Source: Rhina ancylostomus (taxonomy: Eukaryota). Taken from it: 64,000 nucleotides of DNA. The DNA lies in NCBI GenBank assembly GCA_030265395.1, contig JARFYF010000012.1, forward strand, positions 18,306,620 to 18,370,619, given 5' to 3'. The notes beneath the pieces were generated by a model. That model worked only from the letters and a program-made list of their open reading frames with translations, was not told where the DNA came from and ran no database searches. Of this stretch, positions 38,396 to 50,361 are shown in pieces (within the stretch, counting starts at the first letter, position 1; the number at the start of each line of letters is the position of its first letter). Made by a program: the position numbers and the translations under genes.

Positions 38396-38924
38396 TGCTT
38401 CCAAAACCTTCAATGAATGGGTCAAACGTGACTCCCCTTTCAAAAAAAACTACATTGACTTTTCTAAGTACATTCCTGTAACGTCTTTAATTGTACCTTG
38501 AAACATTTTCTCAATGACAGATGTTGAGCTAAATGAATTGTCGTTTTCTCCTTCTGGTCCCCCTTTTTGACCAAAGGAATTATATTTGCTATTTTCCAAT
38601 TTAATGGAACTTTCCCCAAATCTAGGCAGTTTTTGGAAAATTATAAACAATGCATCAACTATCAAACTAGCCGCTTTTAAGATGAATCAAATAGTGACTG
38701 GATACTTGTGTGACCATGTAGAGGGCATCTAGTATCATCTGTTTGCCATTTCCTTTCTCTATGGCTGACTACAGCTCTCCAAATGCCTGTTTGTGCTATT
38801 CCAGTGAGGATGTATAAGCTGTTGACTTCTGTTTAACCAGATAAATGTCATTCTCTATTCATTTTAATTGAGATGATGTAGAGGCTCACTTATTAAAATT
38901 CTTGTTTTGATTTCTATTTAATAG

Positions 38925-39039
38925 AGGAATTCCTACTCACCGTGGTTGGGTAAAGAAGATACGTTTTGGTCCTGGAAAGGGAAACATGAAACTTCTAATG
39001 ATGTTTAATGATGGAGTTGAAATTTGGGATACTAAGGAG
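38925..39039 (+). CDS. WDR11: WDR11 exon 18 (GIPTHRGWVKKIRFGPGKGNMKLLMMFNDGVEIWDTKE)
   Basis: taatag| acceptor, GAG|gtagtg donor, 115 nt. Confidence 0.95.
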
Positions 39040-39262
39040 GTAGTGTTAATGTTGTTCAGACTTTTCTCTGTAAGTATTTCTAAAGTACCATACAAGTTGC
39101 ATTCTAGTTCATTATGCTTGATGTACTGTTAATAAATGTTACGTTTGTTATTTGAATCTTTCTCAAATTTCATTTCTCATACATTAAATGAATTTGATCA
39201 AAAATGCAAACATTGAAACAAATTTAATAGAATGGTTTTAACTGCTTTTTAAAAATATTAAC

Positions 39263-39460
39263 AACAAGATGCTGGTGGATCTCAGCAGGTCAGGCAGTAT
39301 CCGTGGAGAAAGTCAGATAGTCAACGTTTTGGGTCCCGAAGAAGGGTCCTGACCTGAAATGTTGACTGTCTGCTTCTCTCTATGAATGCTGCCTGACCTG
39401 CTGAGTTCCTCCAGCATCTTGTTTATTCATCTAGATTCCAGCATCCGCAGTCCTTTATTT
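39263..39460. repeat. Palindromic interspersed repeat, best-preserved copy (hairpin 39263-39423)
   Basis: aacaagatgctgg...ctcagcaggtcaggcag pairs with ctgcctgacctgctgag...ccagcatcttgtt. Confidence 0.85.
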
Positions 39461-39501
39461 CTTTTAAAAAAAACTAATTCCTTGTAATTTTGTGTTTTAA
39501 G

Positions 39502-39673
39502 GTTCAGATGGTAAGCAGCATGAGAACTGGTCGGAATGTCAGCTACAAGGTCCTTGACATAGATTGGTGCAGTTCTGATAAAGTTGTTCTGGCTTCAGAT
39601 GATGGCTGTATTCGTGTTTTGGAGATAGCAATGAAATCAGCAAGTTACAGAATAGATGAACAGGACTTAACAG
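39502..39673 (+). CDS. WDR11: WDR11 exon 19 (VQMVSSMRTGRNVSYKVLDIDWCSSDKVVLASDDGCIRVLE...EQDLT)
   Basis: tttaag| acceptor, G|gtgtga donor, 172 nt. Confidence 0.94.
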
Positions 39674-41881
39674 GTGTGATTACAAGTTTAAGTGTAAAAA
39701 CATGATGTGATTTTATGCATGTGCTATATATCTTCTATAAGCTGTTTTTGCATGTATCTAGGATTACTTTTATTTCAAATAATTTAATTGTATTTGATAT
39801 GTATTAGTGGTCTGTTCCAAAGATAGTGTTGTTATTATGGAAATCTATCGCAATTCCTGGACTTTGTAGTTTTCCTCTTACAAGGGACGTTCTTGATGAT
39901 GTCTTTGCTCTTGTACCCAGCTGAGTTTAATTTTCAATTCTCTTGCTCTTCAAATCGCCAACCTCATGTTCTGCTCTTCATTTATTGCAGACAGTTACTG
40001 GTTGCTCTTACACTCAGCTGAGTTCAGATTCTGAGGTTTTGATCCTATTAGCTTCTCTCCTCCATAGATTTATGGCTAAATTGCCTCTTCTTAAGCATCT
40101 GTAGTGTTTTTAATCTAAAAGTTGGTGTCATTACTTTTTAGAAAAAAATTGGTGTATATATATAGTTTTCTGAAAACGTGCCACAGAAATGATCAAAGAT
40201 CTGCTTTCTCTAGCCATAGTATTTGGTAGGACTGGAAGTAGAAATTGGATTTGAGATATTGCAGATTTCTCCCAATAACTGAAGGAACACTTTGTTTGTG
40301 CAGGTCATTTCAGTACAGCATTGGTGTAAGAGGACATCATTTACAAAAGTACTCTTTCATGTAAGATAACTATTCAAAGTAGCTCTGAGTTTAAGTACAC
40401 TGAATCAGTCAGATAGACTCTCTATTGGTACACGCTTCTGTGCATTTGAAAATGTCATGTTTTGTTAAACTGTTACAATGGTGTACAGAACCATAAATAC
40501 ATTACTTGTTGGCATTCTCTCACTCTAAAGCAGTCATAATTTTCATTGAGTGCTCCTGTAGTTCAGGAATAGCTGTTTTTTTTGTAAGTTTTCTTGCAGT
40601 TTTTTTGCAAAATTGATCATGGTTATTGCAGACAAATAGCCATCCATTTATTTATACACATGATGGGGAGATGAATGGGTGTTAAGTCTCATGCAATTTT
40701 GCCTATGTACAGCCTGTACTCCACCTGCTGATGGAATCTCACCACTACAGCAAGCATCTTTCATCATTCTGTTGACTTCTCTCAGATAAAATTGGATACA
40801 GTCACTAATGCTCAAAGGAAGGTTTAATTTGAGTTAAAATCTTTTATTTACCTTTCAACCAATCATTCTAATTTTCATCCTTTGCTAAAACCATATAAAT
40901 GTCTCTCATATTATTTTTGAATTAATTGACATTTTTGTTTTAAAATTCATTATGAATGTGATTCTAGTGTTTCCTACATTTGGAATACTTTGGAATAAAT
41001 AACCACATTCAATGTTTTCCCTATTATTCACAATATCTTTATTTTTATTCTATCGTCACTACATTTATTTTTTTGTGCATGGTGATTGGTCCTTTAATGA
41101 AGTGCGGTTGTGAAGTGGATTTCTAATTTCTTTTGTCATTGGCTCTTGTGAACCATGGAACTGAAATTTGAGCACCCACTAGCAATGATGTCATCATCAA
41201 AACTGATAGCTAGTCACATTGAAAAATTCTCAAGTCATCAAGCTGAGAAATAAAGATCTACACTTTTAACTAATAGTTTAAATATAGATTGGATTTTACA
41301 CACAATGTTAGCATAGAAGCTGAAGTATGATCAATTTCTTTACTTTGAAGCGGCATGGAGTTTTGAAATACTGAGGTAAAGGAGTGACTGACTTCCTTTG
41401 ATTATACTGAAGGTTGTAACTGTGTAGTCTGAGGAAGAGCAGAAAATCTGACTTCAAATTACTTGCCATTATTAAAGAGACTTACTTATTTCCTAAAGCT
41501 CAGCTTCATCTGATCTTCCAATCTGCTGTTTTTCCAACCTTGCCTAAGAATATCTACATTTTTCTATTTGTATTTATTGAACAGGACTTGGTTTTCTTTA
41601 TTCTGTTTTACTTTCCAAAAATGGCTCTCAATTAATGGAATGCTTAGCCTGCTTTCTCAGTTAAAGGGTCAGTTTCAGTAATTTTTATGCACCCTTCCTC
41701 ATTTTCAAACAACTGCATGTTACTCCTTTCAACCAAGACCAAATTTCTGTTGCTTGGCTTGATACCCAGCATACTTAAAGCCCATGCATTTAAGAGAATT
41801 GCAGTGAATTGCAATCATACTGCTGATCATCTGTGAAGAAGCTTGTTTCATGACTGGAGTATTTATATTTTTCTTGTATAG

Positions 41882-41990
41882 ATCCGATTTGGTGTCCTTA
41901 CCTCCTACTTCCCAGATCTTGTCTTGCATTGAAAGCTTTCCTGTTGCATCAACCATGGAATGGACAGTATTCACTTGATATCATGCAAAT
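41882..41990 (+). CDS. WDR11: WDR11 exon 20 (PIWCPYLLLPRSCLALKAFLLHQPWNGQYSLDIMQ)
   Basis: gtatag| acceptor, AT|gtaagt donor, 109 nt. Confidence 0.95.
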
Positions 41991-42308
41991 GTAAGTACAT
42001 ACCAGCCCTAACCTATTGTTTTGTAATTCATTATGGAGCTCACAGATGTATAAACAAAAATCAATGTTTCACAAGTGCATATTGCTATTATCCTTCTGGA
42101 TAATTGGGATAATCATTTGAATGTTTAGTGAGAATGCACTAGCATATTGTTAAAGCAATTAAGTGTTGAAATTCTACTGTACCTTAATTATATATTGATA
42201 TATTTATGCATAGTTACTTGATGCATTTTTTATTCCTGAAGTGGAACCTGTTTGAACTGAATGGAGCTTGATTTTACCCTGGTAACTTTTTCCTGTTGTC
42301 TTCTGCAG

Positions 42309-42371
42309 CTGTTATTCAGAAAATAAAGAAATAAAATTTCTTATGCAGGAACAATTGAACTCTATATCAAA
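42309..42371 (+). CDS. WDR11: WDR11 exon 21 (CYSENKEIKFLMQEQLNSIS)
   Basis: ctgcag| acceptor, AA|gtgagt donor, 63 nt. Confidence 0.92.
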
Positions 42372-42544
42372 GTGAGTACATAATTTACAGGTGAATTTCA
42401 TGTCACAAAATTGAAATGGTGTCTTTAAATGCATTTTGGATTAAAGCTTTACAATTGGATATTAGCACATAAACCATCATCAAATCTGTATACACTTTTC
42501 TCGATGTAATATGCACATGTTTACGCTGTTTATTTTCTTTGCAG

Positions 42545-42610
42545 TGACATCCAGCACCTTCTCATAGACCCTGAATTCCAACTGCTGCAGCGATGTTTGT
42601 TGGTGGCAAG
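42545..42610 (+). CDS. WDR11: WDR11 exon 22 (DIQHLLIDPEFQLLQRCLLVA)
   Basis: ttgcag| acceptor, AG|gtacat donor, 66 nt. Confidence 0.93.
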
Positions 42611-44725
42611 GTACATTGGATCCAGCTTGGAATAGCTAGGCCATTGCATTCTTCAAACAGTTAATCACATGAACATCACACATAGAGTTGCTTATATTCT
42701 AAACCAAGAGTACTGGTTCTGTTGCATCTTTCCATAAGCTGCACCTTCTCTCCCAAGCCTAAAAATATTCATTACTCTTCAGGTTGCATTACATTTCTAT
42801 CCTTTCTATTTCCTTTCCCACTGTCATTAAGCTTATTTGTGTCATTGAAACAATCTGCTCCATTGCCCATCTCCTGTCACAACTCCCAATTATCTAATTC
42901 TCATCTTTTAATATAACTGTTTTCTGTCTTATAATTGCAGAGCCACAGAATAACCAATCATTCAAAAATCATACCCAGCTGGATACTGAGCCCACATCAG
43001 TTCTTCCGGCTTTTAGCACCTGCTTATTTTGTGTTCTAACTTGCATTGTCAAACTTGAAACGTTTCTCATGGAAGGCACCTGCCTTCCCTGACTCCATTT
43101 AGGAGGATGTTCATACCCTCCAGATGTTTCCCACAGTCTACACTTCATGCTCCCTGAATATACTGCATGAATTGTTATGTTCTTTATTGGCCCAACTTCC
43201 TGGTTCTTATTAATTCCCATCCATTTGGTTTCTGGTAGATTTATTTACTCTTCTACCATGCATGCATGATTATTTTATGTCAGATCTTGTATTTTGTTAA
43301 TAACTTAAAGCGAGAAACTTCAGGTTCAAGCAAACTTCCAGTTTTTACCTGTCATTCCTTTGAATTGTGACACTGTTTTGTGACCTAAATTCATACTCCC
43401 ACATTTGTCTTTCTACACTATTTCCCAAGCAGCATAGTGCTGACTTTACACATTCAACCATTTATATTGTAATGTGCTTACTGGTATTGATCAATCTATC
43501 TCTTCAACTTAAAATTAATTTCTAAATACCCAAATCTGCTAACATCAACAAAACAATTCAAAAAGGGCATCTTCTAGCATGTTTGACATCACTTTTCTGC
43601 ATTTGATTGTCATCCTTAAAATGAAAGCCAATGCTCAGTGGTTCTGTTTAGTTTATGGCTTTAATAATTTTGTACCCACCAGGCAGCATTGAGATGAACG
43701 GCCAGTTCTATGTTTGTATGGTCTTGGTTGACTGGAAATTACCCTGTCGTCTTGGAGCCATGCTGTGAGATCTGCTCAAACTACCACTGCTGGCAAACAG
43801 AATCTTAGCTTAATGCTTTGTACTAATGTAGCACTCCTGCAGTTTTGGCTCAAATTGAGTGCTCAAGTTCTGGAATGGGGATTGAACCTGCTGACACTGT
43901 AGGCAGCTCCCAAATGGAGTCAGGGAAGGCAGGAGAGATATCTCCTGGATCTGGAAGTTTAATTAGGACATACTCCCATCACTGAGGTGAAGATAATTCT
44001 GCTTCAGACAGCCAAAATTTTGATTTTTCTCTTTTGTACAAAGCTCTGTGTATCTGAGATAGACAAATTTATCCTTCCCCAGTGGGAAGCATCAGCATTC
44101 TGTAACATGCAAATCAAGAGTCCTCAGGATGTGCGGACATCTTGTCCCCTTTCTCATATCACGATTCACATTCACCCAACCCATTAAAACTCCCCCCCCC
44201 CCCCCCCCCATGCACACACAAGAGCATGCATGTCACCATCCAGTCATCCTTCACATCACCACTCCCCACTCTTCTGCAACTGCTGGCAAAATACTGATGA
44301 TCTGGTAGGTCCAATCACTCTTCAATAGAATGTTGCTGTGGGGTTCCGTGTCTGGATTTAACACTCAGTATCTTTTCTTTGTTTTCCTTTTCCTTACCAC
44401 CAAATGCTTCTCAAGAAACCTGGAACCCTGTGTTCCTCTCATGCCACCACACCACTAATCTTTTCTTTCCTATATCCTGCCCAGAAGTGCCTTGCTATCT
44501 GCTACACTCTGTGGTACTCTGTGAGCTTTAAATAATATTGAACCACAGTGAGGTGTGAAAAAGTAGTCATTACAATTACCTTACTGAACGGGTGACTTTC
44601 ATCATAGGAAAATGTTTTTATTATTCATGTCTAATGTGTATTGAGTAAAAATATTCATTGTTTATAAGCCTTCTGTACTCTTGAGGTCTTTAAGTCACTC
44701 CAACGTTTTGTTTTCCTTCTGTTAG

Positions 44726-44891
44726 GCTTTTTGGTGATGAGTCAGAACTGCTATTCTGGACTGTTGCTGCTCATTATTTGTATCAGTTCTCAAAAAGAAA
44801 AGACCTAGTTACACTGAATGGCATTCAAGAGAACCAGGCCAGCCCACTGGATATTTGCTATGATGTATTGTGTGAGAGTTCCTACTTCCAG
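44726..44891 (+). CDS. WDR11: WDR11 exon 23 (LFGDESELLFWTVAAHYL...PLDICYDVLCESSYFQ)
   Basis: tgttag| acceptor, CAG|gtaaca donor, 166 nt. Confidence 0.95.
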
Positions 44892-45084
44892 GTAACACAA
44901 ATTGCAGCTGACAAAGCTGTATGACTTTCTTTCTCCTATGATCCAGCACCCAGCAAATTACCTGTCATGTACTTGATTATTGTCTTCATAGATGTTTCCT
45001 AAGCTGCTTCTTTTTCCTTCTGGACTCTGACTCAAGATGATGACTGCTGTTTTGCCCAGTGTGCTGTCTCGTTCAAAAAGCTCA

Positions 45085-45420
45085 TGAATAGGAAAGGCTT
45101 AGAGGGATATGGGCCAAACATGGGCTAATGTGACTAGGTTAGATGGGCATCTTGGTCAGCATGGACGAGATGGGCTTAAGGGCTTGTTTCCATGTTGTAA
45201 TACTCTATAGCTACGACTCATGTTCATGATGGAAGTCCAAAGAGATCTAAAGGGATTGATGTAGAGAGAAAGTAGAAGTTGAGTGCAAAAAAGTCCTCAA
45301 AAGGCTAATGGAACATTGACTGTTAAAGCCATGGAGCTAGAATCTAAAGGTAAGGAAATTTTTGCTGCAACTTTATAAACATCTTGTTAGACCACATCTG
45401 GAATACCTTGAACAGCTCTG
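45085..45420 (+). mobile_element. CR1 tail and adjacent decayed CR1 fragment
   Basis: ggaaaggcttagagggatatgggcc tail; LVRPHLEY motif (ttgttagaccacatctggaatac). Confidence 0.65.
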
Positions 45421-46153
45421 CAACATATGAGCCATTTATGCACTGGTTGTGTGCCCTAAAGTGCACATTCCAGCATTATTGATAATTCTTGTAGTTTCAA
45501 ATGCATCTAAATTAATCGCATGCTTTCATTAAATCTGGCACAATATTGAAATTTTCAAAATTAAGTTTAGAACTGATTTTCAAAATACTATNNNNNNNNN
45601 NNNNNNNNNNNNNNNNNNNNNNNNNNNNNNNNNNNNNNNNNNNNNNNNNNNNNNNNNNNNNNNNNNNNNNNNNNNNNNNNNNNNNNNNNNNCATTTAATA
45701 TTAGAAATAATGCGGTACACCAATTACCATGTGAATCCTCATGATCCCTTTATCTGTCTTATTTTTAGATATTTTTGCAGTGCAACTGAAGTAAGACGTT
45801 ATTGGCAATAATGTCATTGCAAATGAAATCTTGTTCTCTCAGATGTTTGCTGCATTTTCAGACATGTATTACAAATACATAAGACAAGCAATTTTGAAGG
45901 ATTTAATGGTTAAATTTTAACAGGAACTTTTATAGAAAGGCTTACTGGATGCTTATATTGAAATGGGGTAAAATAAAATGTCAAAAACAACCTCATTTTA
46001 CTTAATGTAACATTTTTTCATTTATCTAAAGAATAAATTTTGCTTTGAGGATTTTTTGTTTTCCCCTAGCAAATCAAGATGATATTGAAAAGTAGTTTCA
46101 TTGCAATTAGGCTTCATTGTTTTGCAAGTTTTTAAAAGCCGTTTTATTTCTAG

Positions 46154-46249
46154 AAATCTCAGATTGAGCGAGTTAACCTGCAAGAAGCAAAAAGAACAAC
46201 ATATGATCACACAAGGAAATGTGCAGACCAGTTGCTTTTATTAGGCCAG
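46154..46249 (+). CDS. WDR11: WDR11 exon 24 (KSQIERVNLQEAKRTTYDHTRKCADQLLLLGQ)
   Basis: ttctag| acceptor, CAG|gtaaga donor, 96 nt. Confidence 0.95.
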
Positions 46250-47264
46250 GTAAGAAATTCACATCCACTCCAATTATTAATGGTGAAAATATTCTTGGTA
46301 GTAATCTGCTAAGTTCTTAGCTTGTATAAAAGTAAAAATATTAAAGTGTAAAGTATAAGAATTAAATTTGTAAAGAGTTGCAGACTAAAATGTTTTGTAA
46401 GTTCTTGAACAGTATTTTGTACGATACAGAGAGAACCATTTGTTGTTGCTGGCAGTCATTTGGATGCAGGCAATGTTATCAGAGTGGTGGAGTTGACTGT
46501 AATGTGTGACAGGGAGATGACATTTACAGGAGACATTGAATATTGATAAATTTTCTTAAATGTCAATGGAATCCAATAACACTGGTACTTTGCTTAGTGC
46601 TGATTTGTATAGTGCTCTTGGTCCCCCAGTCAGGATCCATTGCTGCCTGTACTTTTAAAAATGGAAGATGCACCCTGCTATGCCAGTAATTTGGTTGCAG
46701 TGAATCTGCTGTGACCCCCTGCCTGCTGTGTGCTGTGNNNNNNNNNNNNNNNNNNNNNNNNNNNNNNNNNNNNNNNNNNNNNNNNNNNNNNNNNATCACC
46801 CAGATCCTACGCTATACCTCATCATGACCAGTTGGATGTGATGGAAGCTGTTGTTTCCCCCTTCCTTTGTTTCCCTGCCCAGTTCCTCCCAGCCCAGAGA
46901 TTTCTGCATGGTATTAAGCATAATAGTGGTCATTCTGTATATAATGTTATAATCACCCCTTTTAGGACTGATTCTACTAGCTCATTCCTGCCAATACATC
47001 CTGTACACTAAGCAAGGTAACAGTGTAATGTTTAAAATGTTCAAGTCTTTTATCTGGGTCTTCATTAACAGTGGCTCGATTAGAAGTTTGTTTTCATGGA
47101 AACAGAAGATAGATGTAAACAACAGCATTTCTGTTGGAAAGTGAGTTCTGGGCTCAAACTGTATCAAATAAATATAAGTTCTGAAGATGCACTAAGCTTC
47201 ATTCATCCTTTTTGGTTTGTTCTGCTAAGGTCCATATATCTGGTGTTAAGTCAGCTCCTGGACA

Positions 47265-48330
47265 TTCAAAGTTGAGTTTATTGTCATATGTATTTGTATG
47301 CAAAGGTGCAATGTAAAACTTGCAGTAGGCACATAGCATCAGATAAGCAGCATTCACAAGAAAAATGTAAATTAAACATAAATTAAACACAGTTTTTACA
47401 AGAAAAAAAACACAATTAGAACAAACAAAAGTTCATAAAAGTGCAAAGTGATCAGAGTGGTCACAGTGTTGCTAAACTGTAGTGGTGATTAGGGTTTCAC
47501 TGGTTGCTTCAAGAACCGAATGGTTGACGGGAAGTAGCTGTTCTTGAACCTGGTGGTGTGGGACTTAAGGCTTCTGTACCACCTGGCTGATGGTAGCTGC
47601 GAAAAGATGGCATGGTCGGGATGGTGGGGATCTTTGATGGATGTTGACTTCTTGAGGCTGTGCCTCCTGTAGCTACTACCGATGGTGGGGAGGAACGTGC
47701 CCATGATGTATTGGGCAGAGTACACTACTCTGCTGTTTCTTGCATTCCTGCACATTCCAGTTGCTGTACCAGACCATGATGCAACCAGTCAGGATGCTTT
47801 GAACAGTACATCTCTAGAAGTTTGATGGAGTGTTCAGTGATAAGCTGAACCTCCCTAACCTCCTAAGAAAGTAAAGACACTGGTGCTCTTTCCTTGTTAT
47901 TGCATCTATGTGCTGGGTCCAGGACGGGTCATCAGATATGTTAATGCCCAGGAATTTAAAGCTGCTGACTCTCCACCACCATTCCCCCAGCATAGACTGG
48001 CATATGTTTGCCCTCCTTCCCCTTCCTGAAGTCACCAATCAGCTCTGTAGTTTTGCTGACGTTGAGCGAGAGGTTGTTGTTGTGGCACCACTCAACCAGG
48101 TGTCTTATCTCGCTCCAGTAAACTGACTCATCTCCACCTGTGATTCATCCAGCAACAGTAGTGTTGTTGGCGAATTTAAAAGTGGCTTTGGAGCTGTGCT
48201 TACCCACACAGTCATGCACGTGTAGAGAGTAGAGCAGGGGGCTAAGCGCACAGCCTTGAGGTGCACCTGTGTTGGTGATCAGCGAGGATTAGATGTTGTT
48301 ACCAATCCTCACTGATTGAGGTCTGATTGA
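47265..48330 (-). mobile_element. Rex1/Babar-type LINE, 5'-truncated, frameshifted
   Basis: Minus strand encodes RPQSVRIGNN...NTGAPQGCALSPLLYSL, VSSFKFLGINISDDPSWTQH, LYFLRRL and IKDPHHP...TTRFKNSYFP. Confidence 0.88.
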
Positions 48331-48399
48331 GATACAGGAAATAGCAATGCTGGTAAACATATCTATACAAAATGAAACGTGTTTGTTTATATTTGACAG

Positions 48400-48565
48400 A
48401 CGGACAGGGCAGTGCAGTTGCTACTGGAAACGAGTGCAGAAAATCCAAGCTATTACTGTGATTCCCTGAAAGCTTGCCTAGTTACCACCATAACCTCTTC
48501 AGGTCCTTCTCAGAGCACCATAAAACTGGTGGCTACTAACATGATAGCAAATGGAAAGCTAGCAG
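48400..48565 (+). CDS. WDR11: WDR11 exon 25 (TDRAVQLLLETSAENPSYYCDSLKACLVTTITSSGPSQSTIKLVATNMIANGKLA)
   Basis: tgacag| acceptor, G|gtaaca donor, 166 nt. Confidence 0.96.
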
Positions 48566-48739
48566 GTAACAATCTGTCTTGTGAGATAAATTTGCGTGTG
48601 TACATTATGGTTTACTTAAAATTCTGTAAATGCACTCTCATATATAGTAGTCTCTAGAGCAGCTTTAATGCTACTGTCGGCTTTCTAAACAAAGTTGTAT
48701 TTGAATGCCAGTCCTGATTAACATTTTCACTGCCCTAGA

Positions 48740-48921
48740 GATTTGGTTTTCAAAACTGCTGGCTACAACCCTCGGGTGGGCCGTGGGATGATATTTAAAC
48801 CATAAAAATGTGCTCCTTTAAACAAATGTAGACCAGAGAGCATATCGTTATTAATTGGGTCACACGGGTGAACCATTTATTTAAAGTGGGCCACTTGAAC
48901 AATAAAGTCTGAAAACCACTG
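48740..48921. mobile_element. hAT/Charlie-like MITE
   Basis: Termini ...TGGTTTTCAAA and TGAAAACCACTG; NNCTAGAN-like sequence at the left flank. Confidence 0.45.
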
Positions 48922-50079
48922 CCTCAGACATTGTGTTTGCTCGTAGATAAGTTGTTTAGAAAAGCAAGGAAAACTTCCCAGGTGTACAGTCTCTTCCCAG
49001 ACAGTGTAATGCATTGCAGCAGATGAAAACACAAGGAACCTTGAGCAAATTGATCTTCATGAACGTGGAAATCCTAGAAGAGCCATCAGCATACCAAAAA
49101 TTACTTGTACTGGATATCCATTTGAATATTAACAATATTTTCAGAGGCAGCCATCAAACCTAACTGCCTGTCACATTTGGTGCTCGACAAAAAAAGTTAC
49201 GTTAAATTAAATGTTAAAGCTTCAGCTGGTAGACAAGGCCAGATAATCAGAACATTCTCCATTTATAGATCCTGACATTTTTAATAACTATGCAGTATAA
49301 GAGTACCATGGAAGTTCTTCAGCACTGAAACTACCACTATCATTTGTGTTGACTTAACAAGCTCAAATTTTATGTTTTTTCACATCTTCAGCCAGGAACC
49401 TGTCTTCTGAAAAAGTATTGTTGTTTTGCTCTATAATTGTATTCCCTCTGGTGCCATTCTCCATCAAGCATCAGACAGAGAAAGAGTTATCAAATCCAGC
49501 AGCAGTTCATAAAATCCATTTGCCATCTGCTACAATTTTGTAACTTTAGGGGTCTTTTTGGTCTCAGTCTTAAAAAGTGCTGTTGAATCATTAGATTCCT
49601 CCATTAGCTTCTGACTTAATTGGGATTCAATGTGAAAAAACATTTAAAAATGAGTCAAAGATAATACACTACACTGCATAAAGAAAAATAACAGTTAGTT
49701 AAAAAGATTCCTAGCATAAAATATGGCAGAGAATTATCAAACAAGTTGACAAACCAACAGTAGCATTACACTAAATGTTCTAAATAAAACACACAAATGT
49801 GTTTCCACAGGGGGATATGTGAGTAAGAAAGTCATGGATAAACAAATTAAGCCGAACTGAAAATCAAAAGAACATGTATAATAATATAGTACCAACCGTG
49901 TAATCTTGAATATGAAAATTCTAATGGGGATTTGAACAGTAAAGGTTAGAAGCACTAAAATGTCATCTTTTTTAATTGAAGAATAGAATCTATTTTTATT
50001 TGTAATGATTTCCTGATTCAGCTGTATGCTTAATTTTCATTTTCAGTACTTTCAATTTTTTTTTGGGTTATGCCTACAG

Positions 50080-50093
50080 AAGGTGTCCAGCTA
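50080..50093 (+). CDS. WDR11: WDR11 exon 26, visible 5' stub only (EGVQL...); remainder in N gap
   Basis: cctacag|aa ggt gtc cag cta continues ...GKLA-EGVQL in the correct phase, then Ns start at 50094. Confidence 0.88.
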
Positions 50094-50361
50094 NNNNNNN
50101 NNNNNNNNNNNNNNNNNNNNNNNNNNNNNNNNNNNNNNNNNNNNNNNNNNNNNNNNNNNNNNNNNNNNNNNNNNNNNNNNNNNNNNNNNNNNNNNNNNNN
50201 NNNNNNNNNNNNNNNNNNNNNNNNNNNNNNNNNNNNNNNNNNNNNNNNNNNNNNNNNNNNNNNNNNNNNNNNNNNNNNNNNNNNNNNNNNNNNNNNNNNN
50301 NNNNNNNNNNNNNNNNNNNNNNNNNNNNNNNNNNNNNNNNNNNNNNNNNNNNNNNNNNNNN

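Larger units (their letters stand above)
36320..38680 (-). mobile_element. CR1 LINE remnant interrupted by younger insertions
   Basis: Minus-strand motifs HCLKIRG, KGDLIEMF, EAVQRRFTK and FQKVFDK.PHK; 3' tail near 36330. Confidence 0.8.
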
